NCBI GenBank assembly: GCA_963575745.1
Contig: CAUYUJ010000084.1
Location: 62,001 to 118,573, forward strand
Direction: 5' to 3'
DNA from: Prorocentrum cordatum
Lineage: Eukaryota
Length of the DNA: 56,573 nucleotides
Shown here in pieces: positions 1-12,023 of this stretch (position 1 is the stretch's first letter; every line of letters starts with the position of its first letter). The notes below the pieces were generated by a model. The model saw only the letters and a program-made list of their open reading frames with translations, was not told the origin of the DNA and searched no databases. Both the position numbers and the translations under genes were made by a program.

Positions 1-307
1 TACAGATGATACAGATGATGATGATGATGTTGGTGATGATGATGATAACGATGCTGGTGATGATGATGCTGATGAGGATGATGATGGTGATGGTGACGAT
101 GATGGTGATGGTGGTGATGATGATGATGATGATGATGAGGATAAGGATGGTGGTGATGATGATGGTGGTGGTGGTGGCGATGCTGACGATGATGAGGATG
201 ATGATGAGGATGATGATGATGATGATGACGATGCTGGTGCTGGTGCTGGTGTTGGTGCTGCTGCTGATGATGATTATGATGATTCTGACGATGATGATGA
301 TGATGAC

Positions 308-345
<38 letters not shown>

Positions 346-645
346 CGATGGTGATGGTGATGGCGATCACGATGATGATGATGATGGTGATGATGATGAT
401 GATGATGATGACGATACTGGTGACGATGACGATGATGCTGATGATGGTGAGGGTGATGATGATGATGTTGATGATGGTGATGGTGGTGGTGATGGTGATG
501 CTGAGGATGATGAGGATGATGCGGATGATGAGGATGATGATGCTGATGCTGGTGCTGGTGCTGGTGCTGGTGCTGCTGCTGCTGCTGATGATGATGATGC
601 TGATGATGATGGTGGCGATGACGATTATGATGATAATGATGATAC

Positions 646-678
<33 letters not shown>

Positions 679-920
679 CGATGTTGATGACGGTGATGAT
701 GATGATGATGATGATGATGGTCATGATGATGATGATGGTCGTGGTGGTGAGGATGATGATGAGGATGAGGATCATGATGATGGTGGTGGTGATGATGATG
801 ACGATGATGAGGATGATGATAATGAGGATGAGGATGATGATGATGATGATGATGATGATGGTGATGTTGATTATGGTGATGACGATGATGATGGTGATGA
901 TGATGATGATGATGATGATG
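1..920. repeat. Degenerate (GAT)n microsatellite tract
   Basis: Continuous GAT repeats with GGT/GCT/GAC/GAG variants; source of the spurious poly-Met ORF. Confidence 0.97.
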
Positions 921-923
921 CTA

Positions 924-2080
924 ATGGGCCCATGTTGGGGTCAAGAAAAATACTGAAACAATTTGTGTGGTTCACGCGGTTTTCGCGATGACACGTGTCA
1001 CCCGTGCGCGGTTTCACATTGTATGGACCCATGTTGGTGCCCAGAATACGAGGGAAGCAATTGGTTTATCTCAGACAGTTTTCGGGGTGGCACGTGTCAC
1101 ACGCATGTTGTTTCATGTTGTATGGCCCCATGTCTGCGTCCAGAATGCGAGTGAAACAATTGGTTTTTCTCACGCGGTTTTCGAGGTGACGCGTGTCACC
1201 CGTGTGGTGTTTCACATTGTAATGCTTCATGGTGGCGTCCAGAATGCGAGTGAAGCAATTGGTTTTGATCACGCGGTTTTCGAGGTGACACGTGTCACCC
1301 GCGTGTTGTTTCATTATGCATGACCCCATGGTGGAGTCAAGAATGCAAGTGAAACACTTGAGTTTTCTCACACGGTTTTCGGGATTGCAAGTGTCACCCG
1401 TGTGTTGCTCCACATTGTATGGCCCCATGTTGGCGCTCAAATGACGAGTGAAACGATTCGTTTTGCTCACGCGGCTTTCGGGGTGGCACGTGTCACCCGT
1501 GTGTTGTTTCACACTGTACGGCCCCATATTGGCGTCCAGAATACGAGTGAAACATTTGTTTTTCCTCACACGGTTTTTGGGGTGACACGTGTCCCCCGTG
1601 TCTTGGTTCACGTTGTATGGCCTCATGTCGTCGTTCAGGATACGAGTGAAACAATTGGTGTTTCTCACACGGTTACCGGGGCGACACGTGTCACTCGTGT
1701 GTTGTTCCACATTGTACGGCCCCATGTTGGCGCCCAGAATGCGAGTGAAACAATTGGTTTTTCTCAGACGGTTGTCGGGGTTGCACGTGTCACCCGTGTG
1801 TTGTTTCACATTGTATGGCCCCATGTCGGAGTCAAGAAAAAGACTGAAATAATTGTTTTGTCTCACGCGGTTTTCTGGGTGACACGTGTCGCCCGTGCTG
1901 TGTTTCACATTGTATGGCCCCATGCTGGCGCCCAGAATATGAGCGAAACAATTGGTTTTTCTCACACGGTTATCGGGGTGGCACGTGTCACTTTTGTGTT
2001 GTTTCACACTGTAGGGCCCCATGGTGGCGACCAGAATACGCGTGAAACAATGTGTTTTTTACACACGGTTTTCGGAGTGA
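924..2080. repeat. 99-bp tandem satellite, about 11.7 copies
   Basis: Unit starts at 924, 1023, 1122, 1221, 1320, 1419, 1518, 1617, 1716, 1815, 1914, 2013 (exact 99-bp period); consensus unit carries the palindrome TGACACGTGTCA. Confidence 0.95.
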
Positions 2081-2084
2081 ATTC

Positions 2085-2875
2085 AAGCCCAATCCAGAAT
2101 TTCGACATTCGTTTGAACCCCAGGCCCTAGCAGTGGCCGCAGTCCGAGTTTGTTTTTTGTTTTGTTGTTCGTTTGGTTTCGCGCGCGCCTCAAACGGGAC
2201 CTCGCCCCTCGCCCTAGCTTCGGCCCTGTAGCCCTCGCTGCAGCCCTGATTAGTTATTCGTTTTGTTATTCGTTTGTTTTGATTTGCCCTCTCGTCGGGT
2301 TCAAGCCCCAGCCCTAACTTCGCCCTGGTCCCAGCCGTCGTTCCATATCTTCGTTTGTTTTCCGTTTTGTTTTTCGTTTTGTTTAGTGCATGCCCCAACC
2401 GGCACCTCCCACCCCCCGCCTTAGCCCAGCCCTCAGCCGTAGCCGCAGGCCGAGTTTGTTTTTCGTTTTGATTTGCTCACGCCGAACCCAGAAACGCGAC
2501 ATTCGCTGGACCCCCAGGCCCGAGTTCGCTTTTCGTTTGCTTTCGCCCGCGCCTCAAACCGGACCTCGCCCCTCGCCCTAGCCCCGGCTTTGTAGCCCTC
2601 GCCGCATCGTTGGTTCGTTTTTCGTGTTGTTGTTTCGTGTGTTTTGTTTTGCCGTTTTGTCTGGTCCAAGCCCCAGCCAGATTCTCGCCCTGGCCCCAGC
2701 CGTCGTCCCATGTATACGTTTCGTTGTTCGTTTTGTTTCCAGCGCGGTCTGCGAAGTTCGTTTCGTGTTTCGTTTTGTTTTCTCTAAGAGCGGTGGCCTC
2801 GTTTCGTTTTTAAACGTTCGTTGTGCAATAGTCGGGTTCGTTTTGTTGTTTGTTCTAGACGCGAACGCGTTTTAA
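2085..2875. repeat. T-rich degenerate tandem duplication (about 365-bp period)
   Basis: GCGCCTCAAAC.GGACCTCGCCCCTCGCCCTAGC block at about 2185 and 2550, embedded in (GTTTT/GTTC)n. Confidence 0.75.
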
Positions 2876-2904
2876 ACATCGTTGTGCTCGGGCTTTGTAC
2901 GGAT

Positions 2905-5330
2905 CATAATGTTGATGATGACGCCTGTGGTGTGAACGCTTCTGTTGATGCGGATTTTTATGGTGATGATGACCATCACGATAGTGAAGATGATGAGGAT
3001 GGCGATGACGATTATGATGGTGATGCTGAAGACTGACGATGACGGTGCTGGTGATGATGTTGATGATGACGATGATGCTAATGATTGCTGCTAATGATGC
3101 TGTTGATAGTGATGATGGTGAGGGTGGTGATGATGGCGGTGATGATTATGATTTCGTTGAGGATGGCTAATTATGACGATGATGATGGTGACGCTAGTGA
3201 TGGTGATGATGATCACGATGACGATGACGATGACGGTGACGATGCTGATGATGAGGATGATCATGATGGTGATGGTTACGATGATGTTGACGATGTTGAT
3301 GATGATGTTAATGATGCTGATGTTGATGCCTGTGATTTTGATACAGATGGTGCTCGTGACGATGATGGTGGTGCTGATCATGATAAAGATGTTGCTGACG
3401 CTGATGGTGATGATGATAACGATGATGGTGATAAGGATGATGATGTTGTTGATGATGTTGCTGATGAGCCTGAGGATGCTGTTGATGATAACTTCGATGT
3501 TGACCTTTATGATAATAATGACGATGCTGATGGTGAGGATGATGATGATAATGGTGTTGATAAAGATGATGCTGACTATTACTGTTGTGGTGATGATGAT
3601 GCGAATGTTGCTGATGATGCTGTGTATGCTGCTGGATTTGGTACGGATGATGTTGCTGATGATGACGACGGTGATGATCAGGATGGCGATAACGATGACG
3701 ACGATAGTGATGGTGATGATTATGACCATGGCGATGATGCGTACGATGACGAAGCTGATGATAATGACATTGTTGATGTTGATGATGGTGATAGTGGCGC
3801 TGATGGTATGGTGGTGACGATTATGATGCTGTTGAGGATGGCGATGGCCATGGTGATGACGCTGGTGATGCTGATGATTGTCACGATGACGATGACGGTG
3901 ACGATGCTGATGATGATGATGGTGATTGTGATGATGATGATGATGTTGATGACGACGACGACGACGACGATGACAATGATGACGATGACGACGATGATAA
4001 TGGTGATGTTGATGGTGATGCTGGTCGTGGTGATGATGAGGAAGATGTTGTTGAGGAGTCTGAGGATGCTGTTGGTGCTAACTTCGATCTTGGCGCTGAA
4101 TAAAATAATAATGACAATGATGATGCTGATGCTAAGGATCATGATGAGGATGATGATTGAGGTGGCGGTGATGATGCTGATGATGTTGATGATGCTGATA
4201 GTGTTGACGATACTGGCACGGATGATGATATTGATGATGGCGACGGTGATGAGAAAGCTTCTGCTGATGATGATTGTTACATTGGTGATGATGGTGATGC
4301 TGAGGATGGCGAGGATGATGATGATGACGATGATGTTAGTGATGATGATGACTATGAAGATGACGGTGCCGATGATGATGCTGATAACGGCGACGATGAC
4401 GATGGTGATGATGATGCCGTTGATAACTATGATGGTGAAGATGGTGATGGAGGCGACGGCGGTGGTGATGATTACGATGCTGTTGGGGCTGGTGATGACG
4501 ATGATGATGACGCTGGTGATGGTGATGATGATGATCACAATGACGATGACGTTGGCGATGATGATGGTGATGAAGATGAAGACGATGAGGATGATGATGA
4601 TGATGCTGATGATGGGAAGTGTGATTGTGATTATGATGATGATTATGGTGATGCTTATAATAATCATGGTTTTGCTACATTATTCTTATGGTTAGTATTA
4701 TGATGATGGCGATGACGACGGTCAGGTTGACGGTGATGTTGGTCGTGATGCTGATACTGATGATGAGGATGAGGCTTGTGATGGTGATGCTGATGGTGAT
4801 GACGATGCTGATCATGATGATCATGATGATGTTGACGATAATGATGCTGATGCTGATGCTGATGATGATGGTGGAGTTGATGATGGTGATGATTATGATG
4901 ATCATAGCGATGATGATGCTTATGATAGGGATCACATTTAGAACGATGATGATGATGATGATCATGATGATGATTATTGTGGTGATGATGATGCTGATGA
5001 TGAGTATGAAAATGTTGTTAATGATGAAGATGCATATGATGAGGATGGTGATGCTGATGATGATGAGGAGGAGGATAATGATAATGAGGATGATGATGAG
5101 GATGAGGAGCGTGATGATGGTAATGATGATGATGATGATGGCAACGATGGTGTCGATGATGGCGATGATGATAATGATGATGACGATGACGATGTTGATG
5201 CTGATGATGACGATGTTGTTGATGATGGTGCTGATGCTGATGATGATGGCGGTGGTGATGATGATGCTGATAGTACTGATGATTATAATGATGGTACCAG
5301 TGATGATAATGATGATGATAATGATTGTAG
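2905..5330. repeat. Highly degenerate (GAT)n tract
   Basis: 2.4 kb of GAT-derived triplets giving poly-Asp/Met/Ile ORFs in several frames. Confidence 0.95.
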
Positions 5331-5669
5331 TGGCCTTCGGCCAGTGCCGCTGATCCGGGTCGCTCGGTGTTATTCTCCAGACGCAGACATTATGGGCGCA
5401 CACTCAAACGCACAAACTTCTCGGGTTACCTTCGAAAGGGCGTAGGAATGCAGTTGGGTCAATAGAGCCATCTCGCAACAGTGGTTCTATCAACGGCGGG
5501 GTGCTTGCAGTGACCGTGGGGACGGGAAATAATAATGACATGAAAATTCCATACAGGATGCCGATCACTTTGGAAACTCACGATACGTCGTGCACGGAGT
5601 CGTGTTACGAAACATGTGGCCTGGACGATGTGGTGCGAGCGGTGGAGGCGAGCCTATCGGCGCAAGGAC

Positions 5670-6160
5670 GCCCTCTTGGGGCGTTTTTTGAGCCATCTTA
5701 GGAGCCTGTCAGGGCGTCGTGGGGGCTTCTTGGGGGCTTTCGGAGGCCCTCTTGGAGGCTCTTGGGGCCTCCTGGGGGCCTCGTGGGCTGGAAGGCTAGA
5801 TTTTTTCCGCTTTTCGTCCCTCTTTTGGGTCCTCTTGGGGCCGTCTTGGGGGCCTGTTGGGCCGTCTTGGGCGGCTCTTGGGCCGCCTTGGGGCCCTCTT
5901 GGGCCGTCTTGGGACTGTCTGGGGGCCTCCTGGGCCGTCTTCGAGCGGTCTTGGGGGCCTCTTGGGCCGTCTTGGAGCGTCGGAAAGCCGAAAAAAGCGA
6001 CAACCCCAAAAACATTGAAAAAAACAATGGGAATCAACGATTTTTGCCTCTGGGGGCCATCGTGGGAGGCCTCTTGGAGGCCTCTTCAGACGTCGTGGAA
6101 GGCTCTTGGGCCGTCTTGGGGCCATCTTGGGCGTGTTCGGGCGATCCTTCGGGGTCTCGG
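5670..6160. repeat. Dispersed repeat built from about 11-bp GGGCC(G/T)CTTG units
   Basis: Recurrent GGGCCGTCTTG/GGGCCTCTTGG; related copies at 44740-45300 and about 49140-49330. Confidence 0.8.
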
Positions 6161-6386
6161 GACTTTCGTAGACCGTCCTCAGAGACTTTTGCGGCCGCGG
6201 CCACCCTTCCAGCGCATCCTCGAGATTAGAGCCTTCTGTAAAAGCAGCGCCCCGCATCCGCCGGAAACTCGCACCCCCCCCCCCCATCCCCCCTTCCCCG
6301 GCAGAGCCACCCCGGCAACCCCCCCAGAGGCTGAGGCTCAGCCTCGAGGCTGTAGCTGAGACTCCTTGAAACTCACACGCCGGATC

Positions 6387-6418
<32 letters not shown>

Positions 6419-6446
6419 ATGATGATGATGTTGATGATGATGATGC

Positions 6447-6499
<53 letters not shown>

Positions 6500-6540
6500 C
6501 TGATGCTGATGTGATGATGATGATGATGATGATCATGATC

Positions 6541-6621
<81 letters not shown>

Positions 6622-7045
6622 CCTTGTCCTCCTCATCGTCCGCCACCTCCTGTAAAGGGGGGGCGTGTCAACATGTGGGACCAGACGGATGACCGCAAGA
6701 TTCAACCCTTTGGGTACCCGTGACCCTCGGATCCTCTGGGCTTTGGTCGTATAAATCTTCTCGCTGATCAACGCTCGTGCCCGAAAACGGACGCGCCAGT
6801 TTTTCGATTTCACATGAATTTAGTCTAGTTCGGGGGTCGGGGCGCGTCAGTCATTCAGTGAGTCAGTCAGTCAGGCACGCAGGCAGGCAGGCAGTTAGTC
6901 AGTCAGTCAGCCAGTCAGTCGGTAAGTCAGTCGGTCAGTCCTCCCCCTCCTCCTCCTCCTCCTCCTCCTCCTCCTCCTCCTGCTCCTCCCCCCCCCTCCT
7001 CCTCCTCTTCCTCCTCCTGCTCCTCCTCCTCCTCCTCCTCCTCCC
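6387..7045. repeat. Microsatellite cluster: (GAT)n 6387-6620, (CAGT)n 6848-6940, (CCT)n 6940-7045
   Basis: Direct reading of the tandem units. Confidence 0.95.
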
Positions 7046-7279
7046 GCCGTTCCTCTGACCGCCCCCCTGGCCCTTCTGGTCTCTGGCGTCGGCCCTCGGA
7101 ACCTTTCCTCCCCCGGAACGCACTCGCGGCCCCCGGGGCCTCCGGGGCGGGTCTTCTTGCCCCCCAAGGCGACCGAGGGGGGGCGCGCTGCCGAGGAGGA
7201 CCCGGGATTCGGAGCTCACGAGCAACTCATCCGCCAGGCAAGCGCAACAGAGCTCGAGCGAGATGAGTGACGGAGGGAA

Positions 7280-7311
<32 letters not shown>

Positions 7312-8679
7312 GCTGGCATCGCACGCGGGGTCCGACCTCCGCGGTTACGAGCGCCGCGCACGGCTCAGCCCCTCCATGAGCCGGGAGCGCAGCAATTGAA
7401 GCAGGAGCCCGCAGCGTTCTCAGCGTGTGACCGACGGGGGGACGCACGACAGATATCTGGGACGCGGCAGACCGCCATAGCGCCCTCATTGTGCAGCGAG
7501 CGTTCGCGTGGGGTGTAGACCGCGCCGATTTAGGGAACAGCGGTGAGGGACCTCTCCCTGGGCCGATTGGCCCCACCCAGGGAAGAAACAGGACGGAGAT
7601 TCTGCGGTGAAGCGCGCGGCCTTGCGGCCGCGCTTGGTTGGTGCTGATGGCAGCCGACACGGAGGCCATCGGCACGGCAGTGGAGGCTGCAGCTGTACGC
7701 CGGCCCTGGCGGGCGGCGTCCCAGGCGGCCTGGAGCGAAGCGTGGGCGTCGTTGGGCGGAGGCGGGGCGGTCGAGCCCCACCTGGCGCTGGCGCCCGAGG
7801 GGAGCCAATCTGGTGGACGCTGGCGCACGGCTCGGGTCCCTCGCGGCTGCAGCAGTGAGATGTCTGGACGAGGCGCCCCGCCGGTCTCGAGGGACCGTGG
7901 GGGATCCTGGGGCGGGTCAGCGGGGTCAGGGCAGGAGGAGGATGAGGAGGAGGAGGAGGAGGAGGAGGAGGAGGAGGAGGAGGAGGAGGAAGAGGAAGGG
8001 GGAGGAGGAGGAGGGAGGAGGAGGAGGAGAGGAGGAGGAGGAGGAGGAGGAGGAGGAGGAGGAGGAGGAGGAGGAGGAGGAGGAGGGGGGAGGGGGAGGG
8101 GGAGGAGGAGGAGGAGGAAGAGGAGGAGGAGGAGGAGGAATAGGGAAAGTAAGAGGAGGGAGGGAGAGAAAGGAAAGGGGGGAGAGGGCGGATGGGTGGT
8201 CGCCGATGCGGAGAGCCCGCGCTGGGAGTCGACCGTAGGCCTCGCCGCCTCAGCATGTCTGGCCGCCTCGGCGGCTGGTCGGTCACAGTGGCGGGGCCAG
8301 AGGTGGCCGCGCTCACCGTGGATGAGACGGTTGAGGGAAGAAATAAAGCAACACTCCCCCCCTCCCCCGCAATTCAAAGTTGGCACGTTCCTTGAAGACC
8401 ACTCGGAGGTCCCAAACCGGAAGATCCGAAACCATTATTGCATTTTGGGGGGAGGGGGGGAAGTTCAAACCACATGTTTTTGCATGTGTGTTGCTTAATT
8501 GTTTCCGACACCTGGATGCCCGAGAGCCGAGAGAGGCGTGGCGGTGACAGAGGTGCTGGCGCTGCTGTGATGCGGCCTCGCCAGGCCCGTCAGGGGGCCG
8601 TCGTCGCAGTCCATGTTGCCGCCGAGGCCGAGAGGGTCGTCCTCGCCCAAGGAGAGGGAGAGAGAGAGAGAGAGATCGA

Positions 8680-8753
8680 CACAGACACACGCAGACACAG
8701 ACACAGACACAGACACAGACACAGACACAGACACAGACACAGACACAGACACA
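8680..8753. repeat. (ACAGAC)n microsatellite abutting the spliced leader
   Basis: Pure ACAGAC repeats ending 1-2 nt before the SL; the same unit resumes at about 10627. Confidence 0.95.
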
Positions 8754-8754
8754 A

Positions 8755-8776
8755 TCCGTAGCCATTTTGGCTCAAG
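8755..8776 (+). other. Genomic copy of the dinoflagellate spliced leader (DinoSL)
   Basis: TCCGTAGCCATTTTGGCTCAAG is a 22/22 match to consensus DCCGTAGCCATTTTGGCTCAAG; followed by a 25-nt UTR and ATG, not by an SL-RNA GT donor. Confidence 0.97.
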
Positions 8777-8801
8777 CCGTGCCTGGGCGCGCTCGGGCAA
8801 G

Positions 8802-10106
8802 ATGGCGCGGGAGAGTCTGCGCGGGGTGGCTGGTGCCCGCTTCGCTGCAGACCGCCTTGTGCAGCGGCTGACGCGCGAGCTGGCAGAGGCCCGGGGCGAG
8901 GCCGCAAGGCTCCGCGAGCTGCTCGAGGCGAAGGTCGACAGTGAGGGGGACCCCGAGGTGCTGCGGCGTGAGGCGATCGCGAGGCCTGTCCTGGCGGCCC
9001 GCGTCGCCGGCAGACCCGAGGCCCCAGCAGCCAGGCGGCGGCGCAACGTGGCCTGGCACGCCGCTTCCTGCCCGCCGGCCGGAGCGGAGCCGGCCGCATG
9101 GCGCAAGGCCGAGCGCGGGCCCCGCCTGGGAGCAGCTCCCAGGCCTGCTGGTGCTGCTCACGGCGGTGCCAGCCGTGAAGGGGCGGCGCGGCCGCCGCTG
9201 GAGATACAGGTCGAGATCTGCGTCGCCGAGCCCGCCGTGAAGCTCGGGCGACCAGCGGAGCCGAGGGCGAGCCTGCGGTCATGCGCCCAGCCCTTCCGTT
9301 CGAGGCGCACGCCGCTGCGGAGCGGGGCCACACCGTACGTGCCCTTCCGCCAGCTGAGCTGCGAGGAAACCGCCGAGGAGGTGCTCGCGGCTTTGGACTG
9401 CGGGCCCCCGGCTCCCGTGGACAGGGCAGAGCCTGGCCCTCCCCGTGACGGGGCCTGGAAGGCAGACGTGGTGCAGGAGGGAGACGGCGCAGCTGCCCTC
9501 CAGGTGCCGTGTCGTGCCGAGAGGCCCCAGGTGGGCGGTGCTGCAGGCGCTGGTGCGCCGCCGCCGCCGCTGGAGCATCTGGGAGGCCCAATCGGAGAGC
9601 AGGGCGACAACAGGCACGGCGAGGGCGAGAGCGCCGAGGGGAGCCAGGACAGCACGGTGTGCTCCGCGACCCTCTCTGCCGCCACCGCCGAGCGCAACGA
9701 TGTTGCCACGCATTACCTGCTAGATAACTATGCTGCGCTCCTCCGAGGGGGAATCGGTAGCGTCGAGCGCGATGAGGACGTCGAAGGCTCCGTGGGCGGC
9801 GATTGCAGTTCCTACGTCTCCTCCGTGTCAGGGGTCTTCAGGGACTACGGGCCCGACCACGGCCAGTACCTCATCGACGAGTTCTCCGACGGCTGCGAGC
9901 GCGCTGCCGAGTACGACCTCGAGCGTGCCGCATGGCTAGCCCAGGGCTCGCCGAGCTTCGCCGAGCAGTGCGCTCGGCTGGAGCGCAGCAGCCACTTCGG
10001 ATATGAGTTCGAGCGAGGTCTTCTCAGTGTTCAGAGTGCGCGCGAGGCTGTTCTTGGCAGAAGCGTCCGCTGGTTTATTGTCAGTGTTCTCCTGCTCTGC
10101 ATGTGA
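8802..10106 (+). CDS. Hypothetical 434-aa protein (N-terminal coiled-coil-like segment, RRRRNVAWHA motif)
   Basis: First ATG after the SL (CAAGATGG); uninterrupted to TGA; MARESLRGVAGARFAADRLVQRLTRELAEARGEAARLRELLEAK. Function not recognised. Confidence 0.6.
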   Translation: MARESLRGVAGARFAADRLVQRLTRELAEARGEAARLRELLEAKVDSEGDPEVLRREAIARPVLAARVAGRPEAPAARRRRNVAWHAASCPPAGAEPAAWRKAERGPRLGAAPRPAGAAHGGASREGAARPPLEIQVEICVAEPAVKLGRPAEPRASLRSCAQPFRSRRTPLRSGATPYVPFRQLSCEETAEEVLAALDCGPPAPVDRAEPGPPRDGAWKADVVQEGDGAAALQVPCRAERPQVGGAAGAGAPPPPLEHLGGPIGEQGDNRHGEGESAEGSQDSTVCSATLSAATAERNDVATHYLLDNYAALLRGGIGSVERDEDVEGSVGGDCSSYVSSVSGVFRDYGPDHGQYLIDEFSDGCERAAEYDLERAAWLAQGSPSFAEQCARLERSSHFGYEFERGLLSVQSAREAVLGRSVRWFIVSVLLLCM

Positions 10107-11502
10107 TCGCGCGTTGAGGGTGTGAGTGAGTGGCCTTCTGTATTTGCATGTGTGCGTGCTTGTTGCAGTCTGTGCCCGCTTGCACAGCCACTTCGAGGAT
10201 GATTTCGAGTGAGGTCTTCTCAGGGTTCTGAGTACGCGCGAGGCTGTTCTTGGCAGATGCGTCCGCTGGCTGCTCAGTCAGTGTTCTCCTGCTCGGAATG
10301 CGATCGCGCGTCGAGTGTGTGAGTGAGTGGCCTTCTGTATTTGCATGAGTATGTGCGTTTTGCAGTCTGTGCCCGCTTGCACCGCAATTTTCCTCCTGTA
10401 TGTTCCTTGGTGCGGGAGATGCCCTATAGACGGGGGTAGAGCTTCAGACGCGTCGTGCTGTGCCTCGGGGCCGCAGCGCCCTCGAGGCAGGAGTTTTCCG
10501 ACGTCGTCGAGGCTCTCGGGGCCGAAGCGCCCTCCTCCTGTCTTGGGAAGGCCCCTGTGGGCCAGGGCCCTTCACGCGGGCCTGGGCCCTCAGTGGGCTC
10601 CTTTTGCCTTTATAGGCCCCGCGTCAACAGACACAGACGCAGACACAGACACAGACGCTGACACAGACGCACACACACACACACACACCACCCACCCACC
10701 CACCCACCCACCCAACCACCCACCCAACCACCACCACACCACCACCCACCACACACCCACCCACACCCGCACCCACACCCGCACCCACACCCACACCCAC
10801 ACCCACACCCGCACCCGCGCCCGCACCCACACCACACCCACACCCACACCCACACACGCACGCACGCACGCGCGCAGACACAAAACAAAAAAAACGTGTT
10901 CTTCGCCGTCGTCGCTGTCCACATTGCCGCCGAGGCCGAGAGGGTCGCCCTCGCCCAAGGAGTTGGGGAGAGTGATAGTGACAGGGAGAGAAGCACACAA
11001 AACGCGTGCTCTCCAAGTGCCTCGTCCTTGGCCGGCAGGCCGCAAGGCGACAGCCCAAGTTGCCGTCGTCGCGCGATCCTCTGCCTCGGCGTCTCCTCCC
11101 GCCGGGGAGCAGCCTCCAGAGTGGAGGTTCGACCTCGATCCTCTGGTCGCCTCGACGTCTCCCCCCCCCCCCCCTCATTCTCCGCTCCTCTTATTCCTTC
11201 TCCGCCTCTCCTCTGGTTCTCTTCCTCCGCCTCCTTCCTCCTAGCTCCCCTCCGTGCCCCGGGGCCCTCGGGTCCGAGGAGGGCCCCGGAGCGAGCGCAC
11301 CGCGCCCGCCGCCGCGGGCCGGGCCCTCAGTCCTTCCGCCCCGGGCTGGGGCCCGCCGCCGCCGCCGGCGCCACCCCGCCGCCGCTCCGGGCCGCCGCCT
11401 CCGCCACCCGCTTCCGCCGCTCCTCCTCGGCGCTCCTCCTCGGCGTTCCTACTCCTTGGCCTCGCCTCTCCTCCTCGGCGCGTCTCCTCGGCGGCCCTTC
11501 CC

Positions 11503-11660
11503 CTCCTCGTGCTAGTGTTGTCCTCGTGCCAGTGCTGTCCTCGCGCAAGTGCTGTCCTCGTGCTAGTGCTGTCCTCGTGCTGTCCTCGTGCTGTCCTCGT
11601 GCCTGTGCTGTCCTAGTGCTGTCCTCGTGCGTCCTCGTGCAGCAGCGCTGTCCTCGCGCT
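11503..11660. repeat. GTGCTGTCCTC 11-bp minisatellite
   Basis: About 10 copies with occasional GTGCTA spacers. Confidence 0.85.
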
Positions 11661-11992
11661 GGCGCCGTCGTCGTGCTAGGCCGCCGGTTCCAGGCCGTCG
11701 TCGCTAGGTCGTCGTGCTGGCGTTGTCGTCGTGCCTCCTAGCTCCCCTCTCTCTTTCTTTCTCCTATGGGTTCAGGTTAAAGCCTTAAAGCCCTTGTTCC
11801 TCCTCGCTCCTCCTCCTCCTCCTCCTCCCCTCCTCCTCCTCCTCCTCTCCTCCTCCTCCTCCCTCCTCTCCTCCTCCTCCTCCTCTCCTCCTCCCCCTCC
11901 TCCTCCTCCTCCTCCTCCTCCTCCTCCTCCTCCTCCTCCTCCTCCTCCTCCTCCTCCTCCTCCTCCTCCTCCTCCTCCTCCTCCTCCTCCTC

Positions 11993-12023
<31 letters not shown>

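Larger units (their letters stand above)
8755..10626 (+). mobile_element. SL-headed retroposed unit (retrogene or non-autonomous retroposon) inserted in (ACAGAC)n
   Basis: SL at the 5' end, intronless ORF, 3' region with a 196-bp tandem duplication (9989-10385) and a GC-rich hairpin-like end, and the same hexamer microsatellite on both flanks. Confidence 0.75.

Noticed and set aside
924..2080. 99-bp array as CRISPR or ankyrin repeats
   Set aside because: Whole units repeat with no unique spacers and there are no cas genes; the 33-aa unit lacks the ankyrin consensus.
6..5403. Long poly-Met/Asp/Ile ORFs
   Set aside because: Translations of (GAT)n microsatellite; no coding signal.
7169..7790. 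Exon-like segments 7169-7237 (ATEGG...LIRQ) and 7725-about 7790 (AAWSEAW...)
   Set aside because: Plausible AG|G and G|GC boundaries, but no recognisable RCE1 or other homology, and I could not join them confidently to 12922.
8755..8830. SL RNA gene
   Set aside because: The SL is followed by CCGT and an ORF, not by the GT donor and intron portion of an SL RNA.
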